Part shown: in pieces, positions 17,940 through 25,774 of the stretch
Layout of the letters: each line of letters starts with the position of its first letter
How positions within the stretch are numbered: the first letter of the stretch is position 1
Source: Pyrinomonadaceae bacterium
GTDB taxonomy: Bacteria > Acidobacteriota > Blastocatellia > Pyrinomonadales > Pyrinomonadaceae
Reading direction: 5' to 3'
Length of the DNA: 31,321 bases
Assembly: GCA_018060305.1 (NCBI GenBank)
Contig: JAGOWF010000001.1
Span: forward strand, 1-31,321
Position numbers and translations under genes: made by a program
The notes under the pieces: model-generated
What the model saw: the letters and a program-made list of their open reading frames with translations, nothing else
What the model was told of the DNA's origin: nothing
Databases searched by the model: none

Positions 17940-18065
17940 ACGAGTAACTTTCCGTGGCCGGTGTCTAATAGTCTGTATGGCGGATGACACAATCGCAGGC
18001 GCGGCGGCGCTAATCTTGACTCACGCCGAAATTCTTTGCGGCAATCTTCAGTTGGAGTTAACTAA

Positions 18066-18446
18066 ATGCAATCAACAACAAATTCGCGATCGTATCGATT
18101 CAAGGAACTGTTCTACTTTCTCGCCGGGGGCGCGGCCGGCGCGGCGACTGCCCTTCTATTGGCCCCTAAATCCGGGACAGAGTTTCGCCGCGACCTGGCG
18201 GCGTCAGGCCGGCGAAGCCTGGACGGCACATTTAGGACGGTCCGTGACCTTAAGGAACGTTCATTGAATGCCTACAATCACTTGACAGATCATCTGATCG
18301 AGGTGAAAACTGATCTCGTGCATGACCTAATGCCGGAGGCCGAGGCCGTGGACGGGAAAAGCCCGAATGCTACGGTCACACCCGCGCCACCGCCCGCCGC
18401 GACGCGGCCGGGGAACGGTGGCCGCCGCCCAAGCTCAATTGTCTAA
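18066..18446 (+). CDS. YtxH-domain protein
   Basis: FLAGGAAGAATALLLAPKSGTEFRRDL matches the YtxH signature G..GA..ALL.AP.SG.E.R. Confidence 0.85.
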   Translation: MQSTTNSRSYRFKELFYFLAGGAAGAATALLLAPKSGTEFRRDLAASGRRSLDGTFRTVRDLKERSLNAYNHLTDHLIEVKTDLVHDLMPEAEAVDGKSPNATVTPAPPPAATRPGNGGRRPSSIV

Positions 18447-18448
18447 AG

Positions 18449-18736
18449 ATGGTTCCGAATAAACTAAAAGAAGAACTCGAACTCTATAACAACACGTCCC
18501 CCGAGATCACCGGCGGCGACGTGGATGCCGATTGGCAAGATCCTGCGGATGGTGAAGAGGCTGTCGGCGGCAGTGTCGTCACACCCGACCAGGATATTGT
18601 CGAGGAACTCGGGCGGGCACTCGGAGTCACATATCAGGACAACGAACCGCTTGATCCAGTCAAGAAGATCGAAAAAAGGGACAGAGACCGCTGGGAACTC
18701 GATCCGGCATCCGCCGACGAAACTGACACGTCTTAG
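18449..18736 (+). CDS. Small acidic protein, DUF6335-like
   Basis: SPEITGGDVDADW, GEEAVGGS..TPDQDIVEELGRALGV, RDRDRWELDPAS; family assignment from memory. Confidence 0.7.
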   Translation: MVPNKLKEELELYNNTSPEITGGDVDADWQDPADGEEAVGGSVVTPDQDIVEELGRALGVTYQDNEPLDPVKKIEKRDRDRWELDPASADETDTS

Positions 18737-18753
18737 GTGAGCAGGACGACAAA

Positions 18754-18782
18754 TTGCGCCTTGAGGTTGTTTATTCTATACT
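18754..18782 (+). promoter_or_regulatory. Sigma70-type promoter for tRNA-Glu
   Basis: TTGCGC-N17-TATACT, ending 17 nt before the tRNA 5' base. Confidence 0.6.
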
Positions 18783-18798
18783 CGTAAATCAACCTTGG

Positions 18799-18873
18799 GG
18801 CGCCTTCGTCTATCGGTTAGGACGCGAGGTTCTCAACCTCGAAAGACGGGTTCGATTCCCGTAGGCGCTACCA
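18799..18873 (+). tRNA. tRNA-Glu(CTC)
   Basis: Acceptor GGCGCCT/AGGCGCT; anticodon arm CGAGG-TTCTCAA-CCTCG; ACGGG-TTCGATT-CCCGT; encoded CCA; 75 nt. Confidence 0.97.
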
Positions 18874-18882
18874 CCTTGACCC

Positions 18883-19200
18883 ATGATCGTTACTACAGGA
18901 TTTGAAGTCGATGGCCGCCCGGTGGCCGAATACCTTGGCGTCGTCCGCGGCATCGTTGTGCGTGCGACGGGCATTGGCCGCGGGATCATCGGCGGGCTTA
19001 AATCGATCGCCGGCGGTAATATCGAGGAATGGACGGTTGTATGCGAAGCGGCCCGAATGGAAGCATTCAACCGGATGGTACAGCACGCCCATGAGATAGG
19101 TGCCGATGCCGTGATCGGGATGCGATATGACGCTACTGAATTCACTCAGGGTTCGACCGAGGTGCTTGCCTACGGCACCGCTGTAAAACTCCGCCAATAA
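18883..19200 (+). CDS. ybjQ: YbjQ/UPF0145 family putative heavy-metal-binding protein
   Basis: MIVTTG..EYLGVVRG, GGLKSIAGG, GADAVIGMRYD, EVLAYGTAV. Confidence 0.92.
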   Translation: MIVTTGFEVDGRPVAEYLGVVRGIVVRATGIGRGIIGGLKSIAGGNIEEWTVVCEAARMEAFNRMVQHAHEIGADAVIGMRYDATEFTQGSTEVLAYGTAVKLRQ

Positions 19201-19238
19201 TTGAGCAGACCGACGTCTTAGGGAGCCGCCTTTTCTTC

Positions 19239-19715
19239 ATGGACACGATCCTGACCGCGCTCGATAGCCAATTCGTATTGATCGACGGACGGTCTCGCCA
19301 GCTACTTGCATTACTCACGGATCAGATCCTCTACGAACGCCCGACCGGGACGGCCGCTTCGATCGAGCCGCTGTCTTGCGGCGAATTCATCGCACGCTCG
19401 GCAGCCGAGGTCGAAAGAACATTTGGCGGACTAACGACACGCCTGTGGGATGATCCCTATGAATGGACGCTGCCCGAGAAACTCAGTAGTATTGCTTCCC
19501 TGCTGACCTACCTAGACGAGGTCGAAGCCACACGGTCACGAGGCTTTCTTTTTTTCGTCTCAGACACCGATCTTAAGCGAGAGATACCCGCGCCCGTCAC
19601 TCTTCGTCCGATCATCGACGTCCTCCTCGATACGCTCGCTCGTTCTGCTCATTTCCAGGGTCGGGCGTTCGAGACGTATCGATCAGTTACATCTCAAAAG
19701 CCACCGCGCCTTTAG
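19239..19715 (+). CDS. Hypothetical protein, DinB-like helical bundle
   Basis: Clean ORF in operon context; E..FGG.T.RLWDDP.EWTLPE and a late HFQGRA motif. The DinB-like call is an inference. Confidence 0.6.
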   Translation: MDTILTALDSQFVLIDGRSRQLLALLTDQILYERPTGTAASIEPLSCGEFIARSAAEVERTFGGLTTRLWDDPYEWTLPEKLSSIASLLTYLDEVEATRSRGFLFFVSDTDLKREIPAPVTLRPIIDVLLDTLARSAHFQGRAFETYRSVTSQKPPRL

Positions 19716-19727
19716 CCGATTGCAAAC

Positions 19728-19753
19728 GCAACTTTTTCGTGACAAAATTCGTT
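19728..19753 (+). promoter_or_regulatory. Candidate ECF-sigma promoter
   Basis: GCAAC-N17-CGTT, matching the generic ECF AAC-N16/17-CGT pattern, ~33 nt before ATG 19786 (GGAGA RBS). Confidence 0.3.
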
Positions 19754-19785
19754 ACGATTACGACCCGTTTTTCCGGAGAATCTGA

Positions 19786-20322
19786 ATGCACTGTCCAAGC
19801 TGCGGACAACAACAGGTCTCGAATGAGACCAAATTCTGTTCCAGATGTGGAATGCCGCTCAGCGTGGTCGCGGAGGTGGTAGCCCAAGGCGGCTTTCTGC
19901 CTCAGCTTGACCAACTCAACGCAAAGAAAACGATGCTTACGCGTCGAAACGGCATTGGATTTAGTGTCATCTGGTGCCTTTTCTTCCTGTTGATAATGGC
20001 ACCGCTTTGGGGGATCGCCGAGATCGAGGAGCTCGCGGGAGTTTCGGCCGTGATCGGTATTTTTGGCGGACTCATTATGCTGATATCGTCGCTGATCTTC
20101 CTAAAGAAGCCCGATGTTTTCTATCGCAGTCTGCAATATCCTCAAGCCCCGCCGGCATTATACGGCCAGCCGCAGCGATCGGCCCTTCCGCCTCAACAGT
20201 CGATACCGGCTTCCCATTTCGGGCCGCCGCAGGCGGGCCATTGGCGAGACACGAAGGATCTGGAACCTACGAGCGTGACCGAAAGCACAACTCGGCTGCT
20301 TAACGATGAAGAGCGGCGGTAA
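19786..20322 (+). CDS. Zinc-ribbon / 2-TM / Pro-Gln-tail membrane protein, paralogue A
   Basis: CPSC...CSRC, two hydrophobic segments, C-terminal DTKDLEPTSVTESTTRLL. Confidence 0.85.
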   Translation: MHCPSCGQQQVSNETKFCSRCGMPLSVVAEVVAQGGFLPQLDQLNAKKTMLTRRNGIGFSVIWCLFFLLIMAPLWGIAEIEELAGVSAVIGIFGGLIMLISSLIFLKKPDVFYRSLQYPQAPPALYGQPQRSALPPQQSIPASHFGPPQAGHWRDTKDLEPTSVTESTTRLLNDEERR

Positions 20323-20324
20323 CC

Positions 20325-20864
20325 ATGTTTTGCCCAAACTGCGGCCAGGAAAAGCTCTCACCGGATACCAACTTTTGCTCACGGTGCGGATTTCTGCTCA
20401 CCGGCACGCTTGAACTGCTTCGATCGGGCGGCAACTCGCAGGTGGCAGCCCCCGGCTCCTCGCCTCGAACCCGCGGCCTCAAGCAGGGGCTTTTTATCTT
20501 TTTGATGACATTTTTGGTCGTCCCGATAGTGGCGATCTTTACGGTTGCGATCGATGCCGCGCCATTTGCGATAGCTATCTCCGCGATCGCACTATTTGTC
20601 GGCGGCCTGCTTCGAATGGCGTATGCGCTGATGTTTGAGGAGGCGGAACCGAGAACGACCGCCACATCGGATGACTTCCTTGCTGCCGCGAAACATCACT
20701 TAGGCAAACAGTCGGCCGGAGCACTGCCCCCACAACGGGCTGTCCCGGCTTCGACTTATGCCGGACCTAAACCTTCGGCCCCGCGAGATACAAATGACCT
20801 TCAGCCGGTCAGCGTAACGGAAGGGACGACGAGGCTGCTCGATAAGAATCATCCCGATCAGTAG
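20325..20864 (+). CDS. Zinc-ribbon / 2-TM membrane protein, paralogue B
   Basis: CPNC...CSRC, two hydrophobic segments, C-terminal DTNDLQPVSVTEGTTRLL. Confidence 0.85.
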   Translation: MFCPNCGQEKLSPDTNFCSRCGFLLTGTLELLRSGGNSQVAAPGSSPRTRGLKQGLFIFLMTFLVVPIVAIFTVAIDAAPFAIAISAIALFVGGLLRMAYALMFEEAEPRTTATSDDFLAAAKHHLGKQSAGALPPQRAVPASTYAGPKPSAPRDTNDLQPVSVTEGTTRLLDKNHPDQ

Positions 20865-22582
20865 CCAACAGCTTCTCCGTCGCTCCGTCCGTCGATCGCA
20901 CCTATCCTCACGCCTTCAGTGTCGATCATGATCGCCGTCGCAGATGCGATGTATTGCGGCGAACTCAGAGTATGCCCATACGAGGCGAGGATCCCCCGCG
21001 TATCGGGCGACATACCAAATGGCTCATAGATGATCTCGTCGGGCAGCCATTGATGATGGATCCTCGGTGCATCAATCGCCTGCTGGATGTCCATATCGAA
21101 GTCGATCACGTTCATTACGGACTGAAGCACCGCGGAAATGATCCTTGGCCCGCCGCGCGCGCCGAGGGCAAACCAGACAGAGCCGTCCTTTCGCAACACT
21201 ATGGTCGGCGTCATCGACGACAGAGGTCGTTTCCCGGGCTGAATCGCATTTCGCTCGCCCTGGACCAAACCATACATATTCGCTCTGCCGGGCCGTGCGG
21301 CAAAATCATCCATTTCGTCATTAAGGAGAACACCCGTGCCCTTCGCGGTCACCCGCGACCCAAACAGGTCGTTGATAGTGTACGTATTCGAAACGACCAT
21401 TCCGTCGCGGTCAACGACCGTAAAGTGTGTCGTCTCGGTCGGCTCGACGCCGGCCGGCGTTCCGTGGCCAACGTCACGGCTCGATGAAGCTCGGTCCGGT
21501 TTGATTGTCTCGCGCCGACGTCTCGCATAGTCCTTATCGATAAGCTCCGCAGCCGGAATGTTCGCGAAGTCGGGATCGCCCATAAACTCGGCCCTATCGG
21601 CAAATGCCCTTCGCATCGCCTCGGCCACGAGATGATATTTTGCGGCTGAATTCTGCTCCAGACGTCCGATGTCATACGCTTCCAGAATGTTGAGGGCCTC
21701 GAGCATTACAATCCCTCCCGAACTCGGCGGCGGCATTGAGATGATCTCGTAACCTCGATACGTCCCGCGAAGCGGCGCGCGTTCCTTGGCGACGTAATTC
21801 TTTAGGTCAACAAGGGTAATCAGACCGTGGTTACGCTTCATATCTGCCGCGATCAGCCGCGCGGTGTGACCTGTGTAGAATTCCCTTGCACCAATGCGCT
21901 CGATGCGGCCAAGCGTTGCGGCCAACTCGGGCTGACGAAGCACGTCGCCCTCCGCATAAAACCGCCCGTTGTTCAAAAAGATGCGACGGCTGTCGTCATA
22001 CTTCGTCAAGGTGTCTGCGTAGTCTCTGAACCTTTCTGCCAGCCGATGCGAGAGGACATAACCATCCTGTGCAAGCAGCCTGGCAGGCCGCACGATCTCG
22101 GCCCATTTGACCTTGCCCGATCCGTATTTGTGAAATGCCAAGTCGAAGCCCGCCAATGTGCCCGGAACGCCCGCCGCCCGATAACCGACGGTTGACGAAC
22201 CTTCGCCGGTTTTAAGCTTTCCACTGCTGTCTATATACAGATCGCGGTCGGCTGCACTAGGCGCCATTTCGCGATAGTCGATCGCATGCGTCGCGCCGGC
22301 CTTGTCTCGAATGAGCATAAAACCACCACCGCCGATGTTGCCTGCCTCCGGATACACCACAGCCAGAGCCAAGCCGACCGCGATGGCAGCATCGACGGCG
22401 TTGCCGCCACGTTTGAGGATGGAAACGCCGACCTTTGACGCCAATTCGTGCTGCGAGGCGACCATCGCGTGCCGCCCGCGCGCGGGCGCCGACCCGGCGC
22501 TGATCTGAATGGGCAATGCCGTCACAAGCAGGGCAACTCCCAGGCTCAGCACGCGCCAGCGACGATCTCGGTGATTTCTCAT
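20858..22582 (-). CDS. ggt: Gamma-glutamyltransferase precursor
   Basis: GGNAVDAA, GNIGGGGF, DYREMAP, PPPSSGG, autocatalytic ETTHFTVVD, LLNDEMDDF, PLSSMTP, GGPRII. Signal peptide after ATG 22582 (track start 22672). Confidence 0.96.
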   Translation of the reverse strand: MRNHRDRRWRVLSLGVALLVTALPIQISAGSAPARGRHAMVASQHELASKVGVSILKRGGNAVDAAIAVGLALAVVYPEAGNIGGGGFMLIRDKAGATHAIDYREMAPSAADRDLYIDSSGKLKTGEGSSTVGYRAAGVPGTLAGFDLAFHKYGSGKVKWAEIVRPARLLAQDGYVLSHRLAERFRDYADTLTKYDDSRRIFLNNGRFYAEGDVLRQPELAATLGRIERIGAREFYTGHTARLIAADMKRNHGLITLVDLKNYVAKERAPLRGTYRGYEIISMPPPSSGGIVMLEALNILEAYDIGRLEQNSAAKYHLVAEAMRRAFADRAEFMGDPDFANIPAAELIDKDYARRRRETIKPDRASSSRDVGHGTPAGVEPTETTHFTVVDRDGMVVSNTYTINDLFGSRVTAKGTGVLLNDEMDDFAARPGRANMYGLVQGERNAIQPGKRPLSSMTPTIVLRKDGSVWFALGARGGPRIISAVLQSVMNVIDFDMDIQQAIDAPRIHHQWLPDEIIYEPFGMSPDTRGILASYGHTLSSPQYIASATAIMIDTEGVRIGAIDGRSDGEAVGY

Positions 22583-22734
22583 AGAGCAAACTCTACCAAA
22601 CGATGATGCGCCGACCAAATAACGGCACAATACGGCCCACTTTCTCTTTTTGCCAAAAAAGTTTATAGTCATCTTTCGCGTCGCTCGACGCGTCTGTTTT
22701 TGGTAAGTATGAACGACGACGGCAGTAGTAGAAA

Positions 22735-24036
22735 ATGCTCAAACGCCTGTCTCCAAGACCGTTTTTGCAGCGGGTGCGCCGCTTGCCGTCGCGCCTCCGT
22801 CGAAGTCTGTCTGAATACCGCTTTTACGCCTACCTTGCGATAATCGGCCCCGGGATCATCTCCGCTAGTTCGGGAAACGAAGTCAGCGGAATTGCCACGT
22901 ATTCCATTGCCGGATCGGAATACGGCTATTCGCTCTTGTGGACATTCATCCCGATGACGCTCTTTTTCATCGTCGCACAGGAGATGTGTGTGCGAATGGG
23001 CATCGTAACGGGCCAAGGCCTCGCCGATCTGATACGGGAACAGTTTGGCGTCCGTTGGACCACAATGGTCATGCTCGCACTGCTTGTCGCAAATGCCGGC
23101 ATAATCATCGCCGAATTCATCGGCATCGCTCAGGCGTCTGAGCTATTTGGCGTTTCTCGGTATATTTCCGTTCCTCTGACGGCACTTATCATCTGGTGGC
23201 TCGTGGTGAGAGGAACGCCTAAGAGCGTCGAGCGCATCTTCCTCTTGATGTCACTGGTCTTTCTGGCTTATGTTTTCTCTGCGTTTTTAGCAGAACCTGA
23301 CTGGACATCCATAGGGCGCGAGTTTGTCACGCCAAGCTTCCGACTCGACACTGCTTACCTTTTCACTGTGATGGCCCTCATCGGAACGACGATAACGCCA
23401 TTTATGCAGGTCTATGTGCAGAGCTCCGTTGTCGAAAAGCGGCTCGACAAGGACGACCTTAAGATCGCACGGCTGGATGCGATCGGCGGCGTAATTTTTG
23501 CGAATATCATCGCGGCGTTCATCGTTATTTCCACCGCAGCAACACTCCATTCCAGCCATGTTCAGATCGATTCGGCAACGGACGCGGCAAAGGCCCTTGC
23601 GCCGGTTGCGGGTGAATATGCGTCCGTTGTTTTCGGTGTAGGGCTGTTTGGGGCCGCGATGTTGGCGATGGGCGTTTTGCCGCTTGCGACGGCTTACAGC
23701 CTAAGCGAGGCGCTGGGTTTTGAAAAAGGCTTGTCGCGGTCTTTTCGCGAGGCTCCGATCTTTCTTGGCATATTCACATCGCTGATCGTGCTGGGCGCGG
23801 TGGTCGCGATGCTGCCAAATATCCCTCAGTTTAAGCTGTTGCTATTAACACAATGTATCAATGGTTTGCTACTGCCCGTAATGCTCATTGCGATCGTGAA
23901 CCTCGCAAATAATGTCGAAATAATGGGCGAATACCGAAACAAACTGTTTCACAACGTCCTCGCGGTCGGCACGACGTTGATCGTATCCATCCTCTCGCTA
24001 TTATTGATTGCAAAAACGATTGCTGATATGTTTTAG
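22735..24036 (+). CDS. NRAMP/SLC11-related divalent cation transporter, NRMT (Mg2+)-like subgroup
   Basis: GPG..S.GNEVSGIATYS.AG, QEMCVRMG.VTGQGL, GTTITPFMQ; about 11 TMs; lacks canonical MntH DPGN and MPHN motifs. Confidence 0.85.
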   Translation: MLKRLSPRPFLQRVRRLPSRLRRSLSEYRFYAYLAIIGPGIISASSGNEVSGIATYSIAGSEYGYSLLWTFIPMTLFFIVAQEMCVRMGIVTGQGLADLIREQFGVRWTTMVMLALLVANAGIIIAEFIGIAQASELFGVSRYISVPLTALIIWWLVVRGTPKSVERIFLLMSLVFLAYVFSAFLAEPDWTSIGREFVTPSFRLDTAYLFTVMALIGTTITPFMQVYVQSSVVEKRLDKDDLKIARLDAIGGVIFANIIAAFIVISTAATLHSSHVQIDSATDAAKALAPVAGEYASVVFGVGLFGAAMLAMGVLPLATAYSLSEALGFEKGLSRSFREAPIFLGIFTSLIVLGAVVAMLPNIPQFKLLLLTQCINGLLLPVMLIAIVNLANNVEIMGEYRNKLFHNVLAVGTTLIVSILSLLLIAKTIADMF

Positions 24037-24045
24037 CTCAAACAA

Positions 24046-25560
24046 ATGGCATCGGAACTACAGAAGCGAAGTGTCTATTTCCTCATCTGGGCAGGCGTCC
24101 TGACGCTGGTTCTCGTTCTTTTTCCGTTCGTTGAGGACTGGATAAAGATCGTTCTCACCGACCTGCTTGGCGTCGCGATCAATCCCGACGGGACACTCAC
24201 ACCTGTGGAAGGCCGGACGCCGGCAATGATGACCGAGACGTGGATCAGCCTCGTCGTGAATGTGCTCCACATCCTAAAGATAATCCTCGGGATGGTGCTG
24301 GTCGTAATGATCGTCCGGTATGTCGGCTACCTGGTGATAAAGACCGCATCACGAAAGAGTTCTGACCGTGAGATCTCATCTCTGCTCAAAACGGTCATCT
24401 CGGTCGTAATTTATATCGTCGCTTTTTTCATTATTTTTCAGTCACAGTTTCCCAGCGTCCAGCTCGCGCCGCTGTTTACGGGATCGACCATCATCGGCAT
24501 CGTCGTCGGTCTGGCATTGCAGGACACGCTCGGTAACTTATTCTCAGGATTGGCGTTACAGGCCGACCAGCCATTCGTGGTGGGTGACGTGGTTATCATC
24601 CACAGCCGCGGCGAAGGTGTCGTCGAGTCGATCTCGTGGCGAGGCGTCAAGATCCGCACATTCCAGAACAAGCTGCTCGTGCTGAGTAATTCTGTGCTTG
24701 GCAAGGAGCTGATCGAGGTCGCCCCGAAGGACAATCTCAACGCCAAGACCGTCTTTTTTAGCTCGCTTTACACACACTCGCCGGCTCGTATCATCCAGCT
24801 TGTTCGCGATGCTGTGCGTCAGGTGGAGAACGTCAGCCCAAAGATCCGTCCCAACGTGCGCATTCGCAACCTCGGCGGCGACGGGATCGAATGGGAAGTA
24901 AAATACTGGCTCGAGGACTACCGCCAACAACACGACACCGACGCCCTGATACGACAGCGTGTCTGGTATGTCTTTCAGCGCGAGAAGCTCCAGTTTGCCT
25001 TCCCGACACGCACCCTGCACATTGAAAAACAGGCCGAAGAAACACCGGTCGAGGAGGTAGTCAACACCTTTGCCGAACGGCTCGGCCGTGTCGAGTTGTT
25101 TGCTCCGCTGTCAGATGAGGAGATCGAGAAACTTGCAAATTCTTCCACATCACGCATTTACGCCCCCGGCGAGGCGATAGTTCGCATGGGCCAGGAAGGC
25201 AACTCGATGTTCGTCGTCGTCCGCGGTATCGTTAAGGTCCAGATACCAGAGCGGACGTATCAAAAGACCATCAAGACGCTGAAGGAAAATGATTTCTTTG
25301 GCGAAATGAGCCTCCTCACGGGCGAACCTCGAACGGCCAACGTCGTCGCATTCGAGGAATCTGAAGTCCTACGTATCGACAAAGCCGGCCTCAAACCGAT
25401 CCTCGCAAGCAATCCCGTCCTCGTCCAGACCATCTCCGAACTCGTCGAAGAACGCCGCGCCGCATTGCAAAAGAGCGAAGAAGAGGCCGAGGAACAAGCC
25501 GAAGCCGCAAAGCGCAAAGGAGTGATGAGCTCGATCCGCGGCTTTTTTGGGATCAAATAA
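24046..25560 (+). CDS. MscS-family channel fused to a cyclic-nucleotide-binding domain (bCNG-like)
   Basis: TGSTIIGIVVGLALQDTLGNLFSG, PFVVGD, ISWRG; C-terminal cNMP domain (GQEGNSMFVV, FFGEMSLLTGEPRTANV). Confidence 0.93.
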   Translation: MASELQKRSVYFLIWAGVLTLVLVLFPFVEDWIKIVLTDLLGVAINPDGTLTPVEGRTPAMMTETWISLVVNVLHILKIILGMVLVVMIVRYVGYLVIKTASRKSSDREISSLLKTVISVVIYIVAFFIIFQSQFPSVQLAPLFTGSTIIGIVVGLALQDTLGNLFSGLALQADQPFVVGDVVIIHSRGEGVVESISWRGVKIRTFQNKLLVLSNSVLGKELIEVAPKDNLNAKTVFFSSLYTHSPARIIQLVRDAVRQVENVSPKIRPNVRIRNLGGDGIEWEVKYWLEDYRQQHDTDALIRQRVWYVFQREKLQFAFPTRTLHIEKQAEETPVEEVVNTFAERLGRVELFAPLSDEEIEKLANSSTSRIYAPGEAIVRMGQEGNSMFVVVRGIVKVQIPERTYQKTIKTLKENDFFGEMSLLTGEPRTANVVAFEESEVLRIDKAGLKPILASNPVLVQTISELVEERRAALQKSEEEAEEQAEAAKRKGVMSSIRGFFGIK

Positions 25561-25583
25561 GGCGTATCCGCTTTTTTTCCGAA

Positions 25584-25647
25584 TTGTATCGACAAAGCCC
25601 GAATATTTGAACGCATTGTATCGACGGCGACGAGCCTTTGTATCGAC
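25584..25647. promoter_or_regulatory. Three phased TTGTATCGAC direct repeats; candidate regulator sites
   Basis: Exact 10-mers at 25584, 25616 and 25638 (spacing 32 and 22 bp); further TATCG at 25666, 25682 and 25692. Confidence 0.55.
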
Positions 25648-25774
25648 TGGTTGACGATGGCCTGATATCGGTGATCGCAGCTATCGTCATTTATCGTTTC
25701 CGTTGCCACAGTCGCCTTGGTCTCACCGGACCGATCTTTTAGCGGTGATCACCATGCCCTTGACTCTCCTTGTA

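Noticed and set aside
20858-20864. 7-nt convergent overlap of ggt and the zinc-ribbon paralogue B
   Set aside because: Short convergent overlaps are common; nothing else suggests antisense regulation.
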